A DNA stretch of 13,641 nucleotides from Pseudomonadota bacterium (GTDB taxonomy: Bacteria > UBA10199 > 2-02-FULL-44-16 > JAAZCA01): assembly GCA_043822785.1 (NCBI GenBank), contig JBDRBN010000099.1, positions 1 through 13,641 of the forward strand. The letters run 5' to 3'. The notes beneath the pieces were generated by a model, which did not search any database, was not told where the DNA came from, and worked only from the letters and a program-made list of their open reading frames with translations. Position numbers and translations under genes: made by a program. Shown piece by piece: positions 1 through 9,011 of this stretch (position 1 is its first letter; each line of letters starts with the position of its first letter).

Positions 1-2850
1 CTTTTTTACGTTATAGTCTTGTTTTCCTATCGCTTCGATGATCTGCGCGATACGCTTTTGTCCTTCATGCCTTCGTTTATCTGTCATGGCAACGCGTAGA
101 GTGCGACCAGCGCCCGCAAATATGAGGTTTGTTGAGATAACTTTCTTATCTGTGATTGCCTCGGCGGCCAGCGCATATGCTTTAAGCTGCAGATCGTATT
201 GCTTTGGATCTGCATTTCCTGTTTTAAAGTCGATAACGCAAAAGCCGTCTCGTTCGGGCCTTAGCCAATCAATAGAGCCGCTAACAGTCGCATCCGCAAT
301 TTGCCATTCAAAAGGCATTTCGCGCATGCCCAAATGTATCTCATTCCGGCCCGCAAGGTCGATGGCTTTTCGAACCTCTCTTAGCGCCTTGTCCGTCATG
401 CGCGCGTCAAAGGATACGCCGTGGGCAAGGCACTCTCCTCTTATGATCTGGCTCAGCTCATTTTCGTCATCCATGGCATGCGAGAGGGTGGCGTGCACTA
501 TGGACCCGAATATGTTGCGTTCTATTTCTTCCTGCTCCCCGGTGATGCTGCTGGAAGGCAGGCCCAGCACATATTTGAGATAATACTGCATGGGACATAG
601 GTCATAGGATTCGAGCTCCGTCACGGTGAAGGGAGCGAGCCTTTTGTGCATGCGGCCTTTAGCGGCTGCATCGAGCACACAAAAGGTATCGGATAAATTT
701 TTACAAGGGGGCGTATCGACTGTTTCGATTTCAATTCTCTTCGTGCCGCCTTTCTTATTTTTTAAGGCATTGCCCACCCATTCGTGCCACGTGCCAATCT
801 TCTTAAGCCCATCATGGATAGCAAGCACCAGCGTATTCATCGCACGCGTCATGGCTACGTACAAAAGCCTTTGCGACTCTAACATCTCCTCGTCGCTTTC
901 GTGTTCAACTAGCTTTTTAAAGCGCTCGGTCTTTATCCTTTCGCCAAACGGTTTGAGCGGATCTTTCTTTGTGAACGCTACGCCTTTGCCTCTGCTGAAG
1001 ACCCACTTGCCAGATGCCTTGGAGCTGCCGTGAAATAAATCCGGCAGAATGACTATGGGAAACTCCAAACCCTTTGCTGCGTGCACGGTCATAAGGCGCA
1101 CGGCGTTTTTGATATCGGAGGCCGGAGGATCTCCCAACCTTGCGCTCTGCGCGCGCATCTCTTTGAGAAAGCCCACAAAATCATGAAGCGGAGTCGGCAC
1201 TTCGCGCTCGATGTTTCTGGCAACGGTCATGAGCCGGTCCACATTTGCAAACATGGCGCCCGAAGGATCAAGGGATCCGCAAATGTATTCATAGCCTGTA
1301 TCATTTATAACCCTTCGCATGATCTCTGATGGCCTCATGTGCAAAGCCATCTCAGGGAGCTCCTTTATGAGCGCGCAGCGCGGATCAGATAGAACATTTT
1401 TATATAGATCGCAGCCATCAGGTCCAGCCATGACGGCAAGGTCATCATCAGAAAGGCCTATGATTGGAGAGCGCAGAAGTCCCAGCATGGCCATTCTATC
1501 ATTTTTATCATGAGCCCATCTGAGCGCTGATATCAAATCAATGATCTCTTGGCGCAAAAGCAAGCCGCGTCCGCCTGAAACACGGTACGGTATTCCAATG
1601 CGTGCAAGAGCTGCCTCATAAGGTTCTACTGCAGTGAGCGCTTTGAACAGGCAAACGATATCACCATAAGATGCATGAGCTTGCTTTATGAAGTCTAATA
1701 TGAGGTGCGCTATGGCATCCGCTTCTTTTTGTCTGAGCCTTGGCGCAGTTGCATTGCCGTCAGAGTTTATGGCAAGCTCGATAACAGAAGGGGCGGGATA
1801 TGCATCGCTGCGCCACGCTTCCATGGGCTTTGCGAGATCTTTTTGGCAGAGGTTTACAAATGATATTATATCTGCGCGTGAGCGAAAGTTTTTTGCAAGC
1901 CTTATAGTTTCTCCTCCTGCGCAAGCGATCTCATCGCGCATCTCCTTAAAGCATTTGACGTTTGCGCCGCGAAAACGATAGATGGACTGCGCTTTATCTC
2001 CCACGATAAAGAGCTTGTTCAGTTCAGGATTAAACAATCTCTTCACCAGTTCAGTCTGGATGTCATTTGTATCTTGGTATTCGTCTACAAGGATATGAGA
2101 GAATGTCTTTTGGCACAGGGCTTTTATGTTCTTGTCATCGAGCAGGTTAAGCGCACGGATTTCCAGTTCCTGAAAGTCGAGCGCGCCCAAGTTCGATAGA
2201 ACTTCGAGGTAATTTTTATAAACTAGGTGAAATACGGATGCTAGTGCGCAAAGAGCATCTTTTTCCCATTCGTCGCCCGATACATCTTTGAGTGCGAATG
2301 AGGCGTGCCACCTGAACTTCATCAGCTCCTCAAGCACAGCCACAGCTGTTTTAAATTCCAAAGCATCTACGAGACAAGATGCATGCTCATCCTTTTGTTC
2401 GAGAAGTGAAAGCAGGGTTTGGCGAACACACTTTCGCATCTCAAGCCCTGCTGGATTCTCGTCAAGGATGGAAAAAGAGGGATCCAAACCGATAAGCGGA
2501 GCATGGCGCTTGATAAGGCGTGAACAAAAGGAATGAAAGGTTCCTATCCATGCGTTGTCGAGCCTGTAACGTTCATCTAAGGGAACATAGGGCCTTAGTT
2601 TTGCGCGCAGCTCGCCAGCTGCTTTTTCAGTAAAGGTTATGGCTAAAACGCCATCGAGCTTATGCCACCGCCCTGTGCAGCCTGGCTTGTCAGGATCTGC
2701 ACCAACGATGCGGCATATGCGCCGAATTAACACAGCGGTCTTGCCTGAGCCCGCAGCTGCATCCACAGCCATGGACCTATCGATGCTCTCATAGGCATGC
2801 GCCTGGGCCTCAGTCGGCTGCCATTTTTTTGTATCTGCACGTGTCGCCAT
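1..2850 (-). CDS. addA: AddA-like UvrD/SF1A helicase-nuclease, 3'-partial (runs off the left edge, >=950 aa)
   Basis: Hand translation of motif regions in the minus frame starting at ATG 2850: MATRADTKKWQPTEAQ...DAAAGSGKT (Walker A), HILVDEYQDTN (Walker B, ~2065-2097), VGDKAQSIYRFRGA, MTVHAAKGLEFP (~1057-1092), RLLYVAMTRA, and a C-terminal PD-(D/E)xK nuclease GSIDW...VIDFKTG...QLKAY. The checked motifs share one frame, which is still open at position 1. It overlaps the addB stop by 41 nt. Confidence 0.92.
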   Translation of the reverse strand, partial: MATRADTKKWQPTEAQAHAYESIDRSMAVDAAAGSGKTAVLIRRICRIVGADPDKPGCTGRWHKLDGVLAITFTEKAAGELRAKLRPYVPLDERYRLDNAWIGTFHSFCSRLIKRHAPLIGLDPSFSILDENPAGLEMRKCVRQTLLSLLEQKDEHASCLVDALEFKTAVAVLEELMKFRWHASFALKDVSGDEWEKDALCALASVFHLVYKNYLEVLSNLGALDFQELEIRALNLLDDKNIKALCQKTFSHILVDEYQDTNDIQTELVKRLFNPELNKLFIVGDKAQSIYRFRGANVKCFKEMRDEIACAGGETIRLAKNFRSRADIISFVNLCQKDLAKPMEAWRSDAYPAPSVIELAINSDGNATAPRLRQKEADAIAHLILDFIKQAHASYGDIVCLFKALTAVEPYEAALARIGIPYRVSGGRGLLLRQEIIDLISALRWAHDKNDRMAMLGLLRSPIIGLSDDDLAVMAGPDGCDLYKNVLSDPRCALIKELPEMALHMRPSEIMRRVINDTGYEYICGSLDPSGAMFANVDRLMTVARNIEREVPTPLHDFVGFLKEMRAQSARLGDPPASDIKNAVRLMTVHAAKGLEFPIVILPDLFHGSSKASGKWVFSRGKGVAFTKKDPLKPFGERIKTERFKKLVEHESDEEMLESQRLLYVAMTRAMNTLVLAIHDGLKKIGTWHEWVGNALKNKKGGTKRIEIETVDTPPCKNLSDTFCVLDAAAKGRMHKRLAPFTVTELESYDLCPMQYYLKYVLGLPSSSITGEQEEIERNIFGSIVHATLSHAMDDENELSQIIRGECLAHGVSFDARMTDKALREVRKAIDLAGRNEIHLGMREMPFEWQIADATVSGSIDWLRPERDGFCVIDFKTGNADPKQYDLQLKAYALAAEAITDKKVISTNLIFAGAGRTLRVAMTDKRRHEGQKRIAQIIEAIGKQDYNVKK

Positions 2851-5590
2851 TGTCGCAATAATCGCACACAGCATCTTGCCGCGCAAAAAACTCACCTCTC
2901 CTTATTGCCTTGATGTATTTCGCGGCATGCGCTGTTGCTCTCTCAATTGCTCCTTCAAACTCATCGTCATCGATTTTTGATTTTGCCCTTCCTACTCTAA
3001 AACATCTGCCTTCAAATGCCTTTCTTACAATTCCCTGAGTCTTACCTTCTGTTTTATTTGTGGACTCGCCGTGGTTCATGCCCTTGACCTCTATCATGAG
3101 TCCGCCCAGCGCAAATGCATCTGGAAGCAGGTTTGTTTTTACAGAGGAGATATAAAGCGGTAGCTGAAGGTGCTGGCCATCATAGATGCTTTGCAATATG
3201 GATTTGGTCTTGCCGGTCTTGTAATCGATCACGAGAAAGCGCTTGTTATCATCTGTAGTGTCTATGCGGTCTATACGCCCGCGAATAGCAGCAGGGGGCT
3301 CGCCATCGACATCGATCATAAGCTCTGTTCCAAATTTCTTTCCAAAAGACCACTCGCATTCTTTAGGCATAAGCGGCATCTCTATATGAGATGCTTCGTC
3401 AATCTCCGCGTGCACGACTTGCAAGGCCATTGTTTGGATATCGGCAAGTTGTCTTTCGCGAAGGCCTGGGGAGACATTATCCACTGCTTTTGTGCTTTGC
3501 TGCCAAACATCTTTTGATAATTGTCTTATCACGCCGTCAATTTTTGAAGCTATTTGCTTATCAGACCGCGCAGCGATTACATCGTGGGAATGTTCTTTGT
3601 AGAATCGCCGCAATATCTCGTGCACGATGTTTCCGCGGTCGAGCGGATGCACCTCGGGCTCGTCTTCCTTTAACTCATCTATTCTAAGCACATATCTTAC
3701 AAGAAACGAAAAAGGGCAGTTTGCATAACGCTCGAGGGCCGTCGTGCTGAGCTCGGTTTCGGTAAAGCGCTTTCTTATAGTATCCTTTGCTAAAGGTTCA
3801 GTGATGAGGCCCATGTATGATGGGTTTTTTGATTTTAAAGGATCAATGCCCAAACGCCTTTCAGTCTCAATTTCAATAATACGGTCCAATCCTTTATGCC
3901 CTCTCCCTAGATGCCTGCCCTGAGCAGAGTCGAAGGGGGAGAGGGGTAGGGGAGAGGGTGATCCTGTTTCATCTAAAAACCTATCCACAAACGGAGAACG
4001 CAAGGTTTCTGAACCCTGATCATTAACAGAGGGCATGAGCAAGTATATTTTATCAATGCACTTTGCGCTAAGCGTTTCAAATGCATACGCTTCACGTGCA
4101 TGCAGGTCCTCGGTGCTGGGAAAACATGTGCGAATTGTTGGGTCTTCCCAATCCGAAAAAAACGATGCATCAGTATTTATATACGGAAGAATCCCTTCTA
4201 TTGTTCTGGGGATAATCACCTGTTTTGCACAAATGCACATCGGTGTTCCCAAGCGCACGTTGCGAAAAGGAAGCACTGCATTAAGATGCGTAGCGAGACG
4301 GATATTAGCTTCAAGCGCGTTTGAGAAACTTTTAATAAAGTCTTCACGCTTCATCCGCTTAATTCCAAGAAACTTCGTAGTTACAGCTATCTTTTTAAGA
4401 GTCTCCTCAAGCTGTGCTGCTGCTGTAAGGCTTCTGGCAGCTACGCGTCCGCGTCCTCTTTGGCCCTTCATTTTTCTTATCCATGAATTAACCTGCCCCT
4501 TTACGTCTGCAATTTGCTCAATAAGCGAGATGTATTCATCTACATGTGCATTTGCAGGAAGGCTTTGTACAGAGTCACCACAGAGAAGCTTGTGTATAAA
4601 GGGCGAGGCCGTAGCACCGTCGAGCGTTGGATGCTCTGGCAAAAGATCCATGGAATGTGCTTCTGAAAGAAACCATTCCATAAAAGTTGTCTCAGGGCGA
4701 GATGCTACGACAATGTCAGAAGCACACATGTTTTTATTTAGTGCGCCAGACAAGATATGCGCCACTTCTCTGGCTTCCTGTGCTGGCGAGCTGGCGATGA
4801 GCACATGTGCTTTAGGCTTCTGTGTATTTTTAGGTTTGAGATTGATCTCGCGATCGGCGAGATTTCTTATACTTATCAAGCCTTGTTCAAAATAGCTGCC
4901 ATAGAGATCGTTTGTTGGGAATGAAATGTGGATGTCGGCTTTGGGCAGGGCATCTTTGATAGCGCTTATCAGCGATACTTGCCCGGGCAAAAAGTTTGTG
5001 AATTCGTCAAAGAGTAAAGTCTCATTCTCTAAGAACAAATCATTAGACCCGTTAGAAATTTTCTCTATTGCTAAGCTCGTAAGATCGCCTTCATCCAAAG
5101 CGCCCAGTTTTGTGAGTTTATTCTTATATGCGCTATATATCTTGAAAATATCTGCTTCGCGCCTATTTGGATATTTGCTGGAATCGATCATCTCATTAAG
5201 ATCTGTGGGATATATGCAATTTGACTTGAGCGTGAGAATGGCACTTGTAAACTGTGCTGCCAGCGTAAAAGACTTTTGGGCCCTGCCAAAGTAGGAAAGT
5301 TTTGTGTTGGCCAAAAGGTCTAAAATGGCGAGTGTAACTTGCCCTTGCGTGAGCACAGGATCTGTGGCCGAAGTTATGGATCGCACAAAGCTGTGCCAAT
5401 CCATGATTCCATCTCCCTTGAGCGCGCAATCAGCGCTTTTGGCTAAAAAATAGCGCTTAAATTCGGTGGCTGTTAGTGCATCCGGTACGATGAGCCTGCT
5501 GTTCATGCCCGGCTTTGTGGCAGAAAGCGCCTCTAACATCCGCGTGGTCTTGCCGGAATTTATGGGACCTGTGATAAGCGTTACGGGCAT
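2810..5590 (-). CDS. addB: AddB-like helicase-fold / PD-(D/E)xK nuclease subunit with Fe-S cysteines
   Basis: N-terminal TLITGPINSGKT Walker A, LLFDEF, and a C-terminal nuclease LERYANCPF...RGRIDRID...IDYKTG...QLPLY...CDYCDNGDTC (1+3 Cys staple pattern). It lies directly upstream of addA. ATG 5590 is preferred over the track's TTG 5626 because it puts the Walker A at the usual distance from the N-terminus. Confidence 0.88.
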   Translation of the reverse strand: MPVTLITGPINSGKTTRMLEALSATKPGMNSRLIVPDALTATEFKRYFLAKSADCALKGDGIMDWHSFVRSITSATDPVLTQGQVTLAILDLLANTKLSYFGRAQKSFTLAAQFTSAILTLKSNCIYPTDLNEMIDSSKYPNRREADIFKIYSAYKNKLTKLGALDEGDLTSLAIEKISNGSNDLFLENETLLFDEFTNFLPGQVSLISAIKDALPKADIHISFPTNDLYGSYFEQGLISIRNLADREINLKPKNTQKPKAHVLIASSPAQEAREVAHILSGALNKNMCASDIVVASRPETTFMEWFLSEAHSMDLLPEHPTLDGATASPFIHKLLCGDSVQSLPANAHVDEYISLIEQIADVKGQVNSWIRKMKGQRGRGRVAARSLTAAAQLEETLKKIAVTTKFLGIKRMKREDFIKSFSNALEANIRLATHLNAVLPFRNVRLGTPMCICAKQVIIPRTIEGILPYINTDASFFSDWEDPTIRTCFPSTEDLHAREAYAFETLSAKCIDKIYLLMPSVNDQGSETLRSPFVDRFLDETGSPSPLPLSPFDSAQGRHLGRGHKGLDRIIEIETERRLGIDPLKSKNPSYMGLITEPLAKDTIRKRFTETELSTTALERYANCPFSFLVRYVLRIDELKEDEPEVHPLDRGNIVHEILRRFYKEHSHDVIAARSDKQIASKIDGVIRQLSKDVWQQSTKAVDNVSPGLRERQLADIQTMALQVVHAEIDEASHIEMPLMPKECEWSFGKKFGTELMIDVDGEPPAAIRGRIDRIDTTDDNKRFLVIDYKTGKTKSILQSIYDGQHLQLPLYISSVKTNLLPDAFALGGLMIEVKGMNHGESTNKTEGKTQGIVRKAFEGRCFRVGRAKSKIDDDEFEGAIERATAHAAKYIKAIRRGEFFARQDAVCDYCDNGDTCRYKKMAAD
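3899..3958. repeat. Composite palindromic repeat inserted in frame in addB
   Basis: CCCTCTCCC (3899-3907) is inverted to GGGAGAGGG (3937-3945, repeated at 3950-3958). These enclose TGCCCTGAGC-A-GAGTCGAAGGG (3916-3937), whose two arms recur exactly at 12363-12392. It translates as PSPLPLSPFDSAQGRHLGRG. Confidence 0.75.
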
Positions 5591-5719
5591 GCATGCATTA
5601 ATTGCAGGAGTGGAAAGGGTGGTCAAGGGCTAGAGTTTGGTCATTTGGGTTGACTGGGCTTGAGCAATGTTGTTTATCGAATAATCAGTTACAAATCATT
5701 GAGCTAAAAGGGGGATGAT

Positions 5720-6310
5720 ATGGTTACTCTATTGTTAGGCCTTGGCATTTGTATTGTTATCGTCATCGCGATGGTAGGAATTTACAATGGGCTTGTAACG
5801 CTGAGAAACCGCTATAAAAATGCCTACGCGCAAATAGACGTGCAGCTCAAGCGCCGCTACGATCTGATTCCAAACCTTGTAGAAACTGCAAAGGGCTATA
5901 TCAAGCACGAGCGCGAAACTCTTGAGGCAGTGATCAAGGCGCGTAACATTGCGGTAGATGCGAGCAATATTGCCAAGGCGAATCCTGGCGCGCCAGAAGC
6001 GATGAATGCGCTCATGCAGGCAGAGGGAAATTTGGCTGGCGTACTTGGCCGGCTCTTTGCGTTATCCGAATCATATCCAGACCTCAAAGCCAATCAGACT
6101 ATGATTCAGCTTATGGAGGAGCTCTCCTCTACAGAAAATCGCATCTCTTTTGCCAGGCAGGGCTTTAACGACTCGGTGATGTCATACAACATCGGTCGCG
6201 AAAAGTTTCCTGCAAACGTCGTGGCCGGCATGTTCAATTTCAAGGCAGCAGAGCTTCTTAAGCCCATAGAAACAGCAGAGGAGAAGAGAGCACCAAAGGT
6301 GTCTTTCTGA
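5720..6310 (+). CDS. lemA: LemA family membrane protein
   Basis: N-terminal TM helix, then YNGLV...NAYAQIDVQLKRRYDLIPNLVETAKGY, ESYPDLKAN, ENRISFARQ and a terminal PKVSF. RBS AAGGGGG upstream. Confidence 0.96.
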   Translation: MVTLLLGLGICIVIVIAMVGIYNGLVTLRNRYKNAYAQIDVQLKRRYDLIPNLVETAKGYIKHERETLEAVIKARNIAVDASNIAKANPGAPEAMNALMQAEGNLAGVLGRLFALSESYPDLKANQTMIQLMEELSSTENRISFARQGFNDSVMSYNIGREKFPANVVAGMFNFKAAELLKPIETAEEKRAPKVSF

Positions 6311-6324
6311 GCAGGAGATAAGGC

Positions 6325-8253
6325 ATGTCGCATCGGCACACGATGGATTTCTTCATGCATCAGGAGGCCGCTCGCCGCAATACAAAGCGGCTTGTCTTGC
6401 TCTTTGCCGTTGCCGTATCAGGTATAATCCTAGCTATCTATACTGCCTGCAGATTTGCTCTCTTATATTGGAATTGCGCAAAGAAGGGCGAATGCGTGTT
6501 TCAGTGGTGGGATCTGCATACATTCCTCATCGTTGCTGCAAGCGTTATCATCTTCGTAGGCGTGCTTAGCGGAATTAGGATTTTGAGCCTCAGGCAGGGC
6601 TCAGGTACAGTGGCCGAGATGTTGGGTGGTCGCTATGTGCGCAGGAATACCGATGACCCGGCTGAGAGGCGACTCATCAATGTGGTTGAGGAGATGGCAA
6701 TTGCATCAGGCGTTCCAGTTCCCCAAATCTATGTGCTCGATTACGAGAAGGGCATAAACGCCTTTGCCGCAGGCCTTAGCCCAACTGATGCTACCGTCGC
6801 TGTTACCAAAGGGTGTCTTGATCATCTAAATCGAGATGAATTGCAGGGCGTGATAGCGCATGAGTTTAGCCATATCTTAAACGGTGATATGCGCCTTAAC
6901 GTGCGCATCATCGGCTTACTCTTTGGCATATTCGCTCTTAGTATCGTAGGGCGATATGTTCTCAGGGGCACTAAGAGGATCTCTGGACGCGGCGCTGGGA
7001 TAGTGGTGCTCGTGGCAGTGGTTCTTTTTATCGTCGGTTACATCGGCGCTTTTATAGGGCGATTGATACAGAGTGCAGTTTGCCGTCAGAAAGAGTTTCT
7101 TGCTGACTCATCAGCTGTTCAGTTTACTAGAAACCCATCAGGCTTAGCAGGCGCTCTTAAAAAGATCGGCGGTCTTGTGTTTGGATCACGCATCGAAGCG
7201 CCTTCAGCTGAGCAGGCCAGCCACCTATTTTTCAGCCAGGGGATTAAGATCAAATTTCTCTCAGGGCTTTTAGCATCGCATCCTCCTTTGGATGTGCGCA
7301 TAAGGCGCATTGATCCTATGTTTGACGGAAAATTTACAATGATAGAAGAACCTGCACGACAAATTTTGCAAAGTGCAGACATCATTTCGAGCACAGAAGG
7401 AATGGCGTCACCGCTATCTGCATCGCAGATCGTTTCTGCGCGACCTGATAGCGTTATAAAGAGCGTGGGAAGGCCAAGTGCAATGAGCCTAAAATTGAGC
7501 TCATCAATTCTTAGGATGATTCCACAAACAATCCATAGCGCAGCCAGCGACGGCGATCGTGCAGAGATGGTCGTGTATGCACTTCTTCTGGATAAAGATC
7601 CCACTGAGCGCGAAAAGCAGCTCGAGAAGATGAAAAGGTTTTTAAGGCCTGAGAAGATGACCGACCTCTTATCTCTGTTTGAAAAAGTAAGACAGCTTGA
7701 TCCAAGATGCCTTTTGCCGATATTCGAGTTGACCATGTCCGTGCTACATACGCTTAAGAAGGATGATTTCAGCCGCATATCAAGCCGTGTGAACGTGCTT
7801 GTTGCATGTGATGCAAAGGTTACGCTCTTTGAATTTGCCCTTCAGTGGATGTTGGAGAATCGCCTCATCGCTCCACGAAAAAGAGGCCAGGTAGTTTACA
7901 AATCCATAAACCCGCTCTTAGCTGATGTATCCATACTTCTTTGTGTGCTGGCAAAAGAGGGCAGTGAAGGCGACAAACAGGTTGCAACCTGCGCGTTTGA
8001 TGCAGGCAAGGATCGTATAGCGGACATGGCTAAGAACAAGTGCCCTGTTGGTGTGGAATCCAATCTGACTTATTTTGATATCAAGCGAGCTCTTAACAGG
8101 TTGGCGCTCGCATCATTTGATGTGAAGAGCAGAGTGGTGGATGCTTGTGCTCACTGTGCCATGTTTGATAACAAAGTTACGGTTCGCGAAGCAGAACTTT
8201 TGCGAGTGATATGCATGGCCCTCGACTGCCCCCTCCCACCATTTGTACATTGA
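6325..8253 (+). CDS. M48 family (HtpX-like) membrane zinc metalloprotease with a long C-terminal helical extension
   Basis: NVVEEMAIASG, INAFAAG, ELQGVIAHEFSH (HExxH), EFLAD, SHPP..RI and several TM segments. GGAG RBS at 6315-6318. It starts 14 nt after lemA, the usual LemA-M48 pairing. Confidence 0.92.
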   Translation: MSHRHTMDFFMHQEAARRNTKRLVLLFAVAVSGIILAIYTACRFALLYWNCAKKGECVFQWWDLHTFLIVAASVIIFVGVLSGIRILSLRQGSGTVAEMLGGRYVRRNTDDPAERRLINVVEEMAIASGVPVPQIYVLDYEKGINAFAAGLSPTDATVAVTKGCLDHLNRDELQGVIAHEFSHILNGDMRLNVRIIGLLFGIFALSIVGRYVLRGTKRISGRGAGIVVLVAVVLFIVGYIGAFIGRLIQSAVCRQKEFLADSSAVQFTRNPSGLAGALKKIGGLVFGSRIEAPSAEQASHLFFSQGIKIKFLSGLLASHPPLDVRIRRIDPMFDGKFTMIEEPARQILQSADIISSTEGMASPLSASQIVSARPDSVIKSVGRPSAMSLKLSSSILRMIPQTIHSAASDGDRAEMVVYALLLDKDPTEREKQLEKMKRFLRPEKMTDLLSLFEKVRQLDPRCLLPIFELTMSVLHTLKKDDFSRISSRVNVLVACDAKVTLFEFALQWMLENRLIAPRKRGQVVYKSINPLLADVSILLCVLAKEGSEGDKQVATCAFDAGKDRIADMAKNKCPVGVESNLTYFDIKRALNRLALASFDVKSRVVDACAHCAMFDNKVTVREAELLRVICMALDCPLPPFVH

Positions 8254-8258
8254 TTAAG

Positions 8259-8356
8259 AAAGGTGTCGGACGCTTTTAGAGCTGCAACATATTGTTTTAT
8301 CAACTAAAAAAAGTGTCGGACACTTTCGTGGCTATAACGTGCTGTTTTATCGACTA
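8259..8356 (+). repeat. Left REP pair: two tandem 50-bp units, each a palindrome plus a related spacer
   Basis: Palindromes at 8259-8277 and 8309-8327 (AAAGTGTC-G-GACACTTT is perfect). The following segments GCTGCAACATATTGTTTTATC (8281-8301) and GCTATAACGTGCTGTTTTATC (8331-8351) match at 16/21. Confidence 0.85.
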
Positions 8357-8976
8357 TATTTTTTCTTCATCTTTTGAATAAAACCTATGCTTCCAATAAA
8401 TCGCTGTCTCTTTTGTTGTAGAAGATCGACTGCACAGTCGTAAGTGCGCGGGTATTTATCGTCCGTTCGTGTACTGTAATCGACACCAGGGATTTCATCT
8501 AACAGCTTGCCGAGCAAATCGCTTTTTCTATTCATTACATGGAATCGATAGCCTGAATATGGCCATTTCGAAGGATGATTAACCATCTTTGCGCGGACAG
8601 GATTAAAATGATAATATCGACATGTGTTGAAAGCATACTCCTTATCTTCGACGATTCGATAAAAGGGCTTGTTTCTCCAGAAGTGACCGCTTCTTTCAAA
8701 AATTTTATTAAACTTTAGAGCGAAGTGGCCTTTTACTGCTTGTAGAATATCGGCGATTGTGAAACCATTTTTTGGAACGCGATAGAGTTCGTGAACATGG
8801 TTTGACATACAAACAATGTCATATAGCGTGAAGCCGAGTTTCTTTTTACAATGAAGAAGATGCTTTAGGTAAAGATCAAATTTTTCTTCCGCATCAAAAA
8901 GAAATTCGTCATTATTGCATTTGCTTACAACTGAATATAATCCATCGGGTATATGGATGAGTGGAATGCGTGCCAT
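8347..8976 (-). CDS. REP-associated tyrosine transposase (RAYT-like, IS200/Y1 HUH superfamily)
   Basis: MAR.P...GLYSVVSKCNN, HUH motif CMSNHVHEL, RSGHFW, catalytic Tyr region RYYHFNPVRA, WPYSGY. A strong AAGGAG RBS supports ATG 8976 rather than the track's 9000. Confidence 0.9.
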   Translation of the reverse strand: MARIPLIHIPDGLYSVVSKCNNDEFLFDAEEKFDLYLKHLLHCKKKLGFTLYDIVCMSNHVHELYRVPKNGFTIADILQAVKGHFALKFNKIFERSGHFWRNKPFYRIVEDKEYAFNTCRYYHFNPVRAKMVNHPSKWPYSGYRFHVMNRKSDLLGKLLDEIPGVDYSTRTDDKYPRTYDCAVDLLQQKRQRFIGSIGFIQKMKKKYSR

Positions 8977-9011
8977 ATAAATCTCCTTTTTTATCAACAT
9001 TCTACAGAATT

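Noticed and set aside
38..2536. Plus-strand ORFs 38-583, 626-1033, 1081-1329, 1319-1513, 1688-1981 and 2288-2536
   Set aside because: Antisense shadows of the addA frame, which carries the helicase and nuclease motifs.
3170..5429. ORFs overlapping addB (e.g. 4035-4895, 286 aa)
   Set aside because: Shadow or alternative frames with no recognisable motifs.
5591..5626. TTG start at 5626, or a TTGACC -35 box for addB
   Set aside because: ATG 5590 fits AddB N-termini better. TTGACC could be a -35 element, but the matching -10 is poor, so no promoter was called.
7119..7778. 219-aa minus-strand ORF
   Set aside because: Antisense to the well-supported M48 gene.
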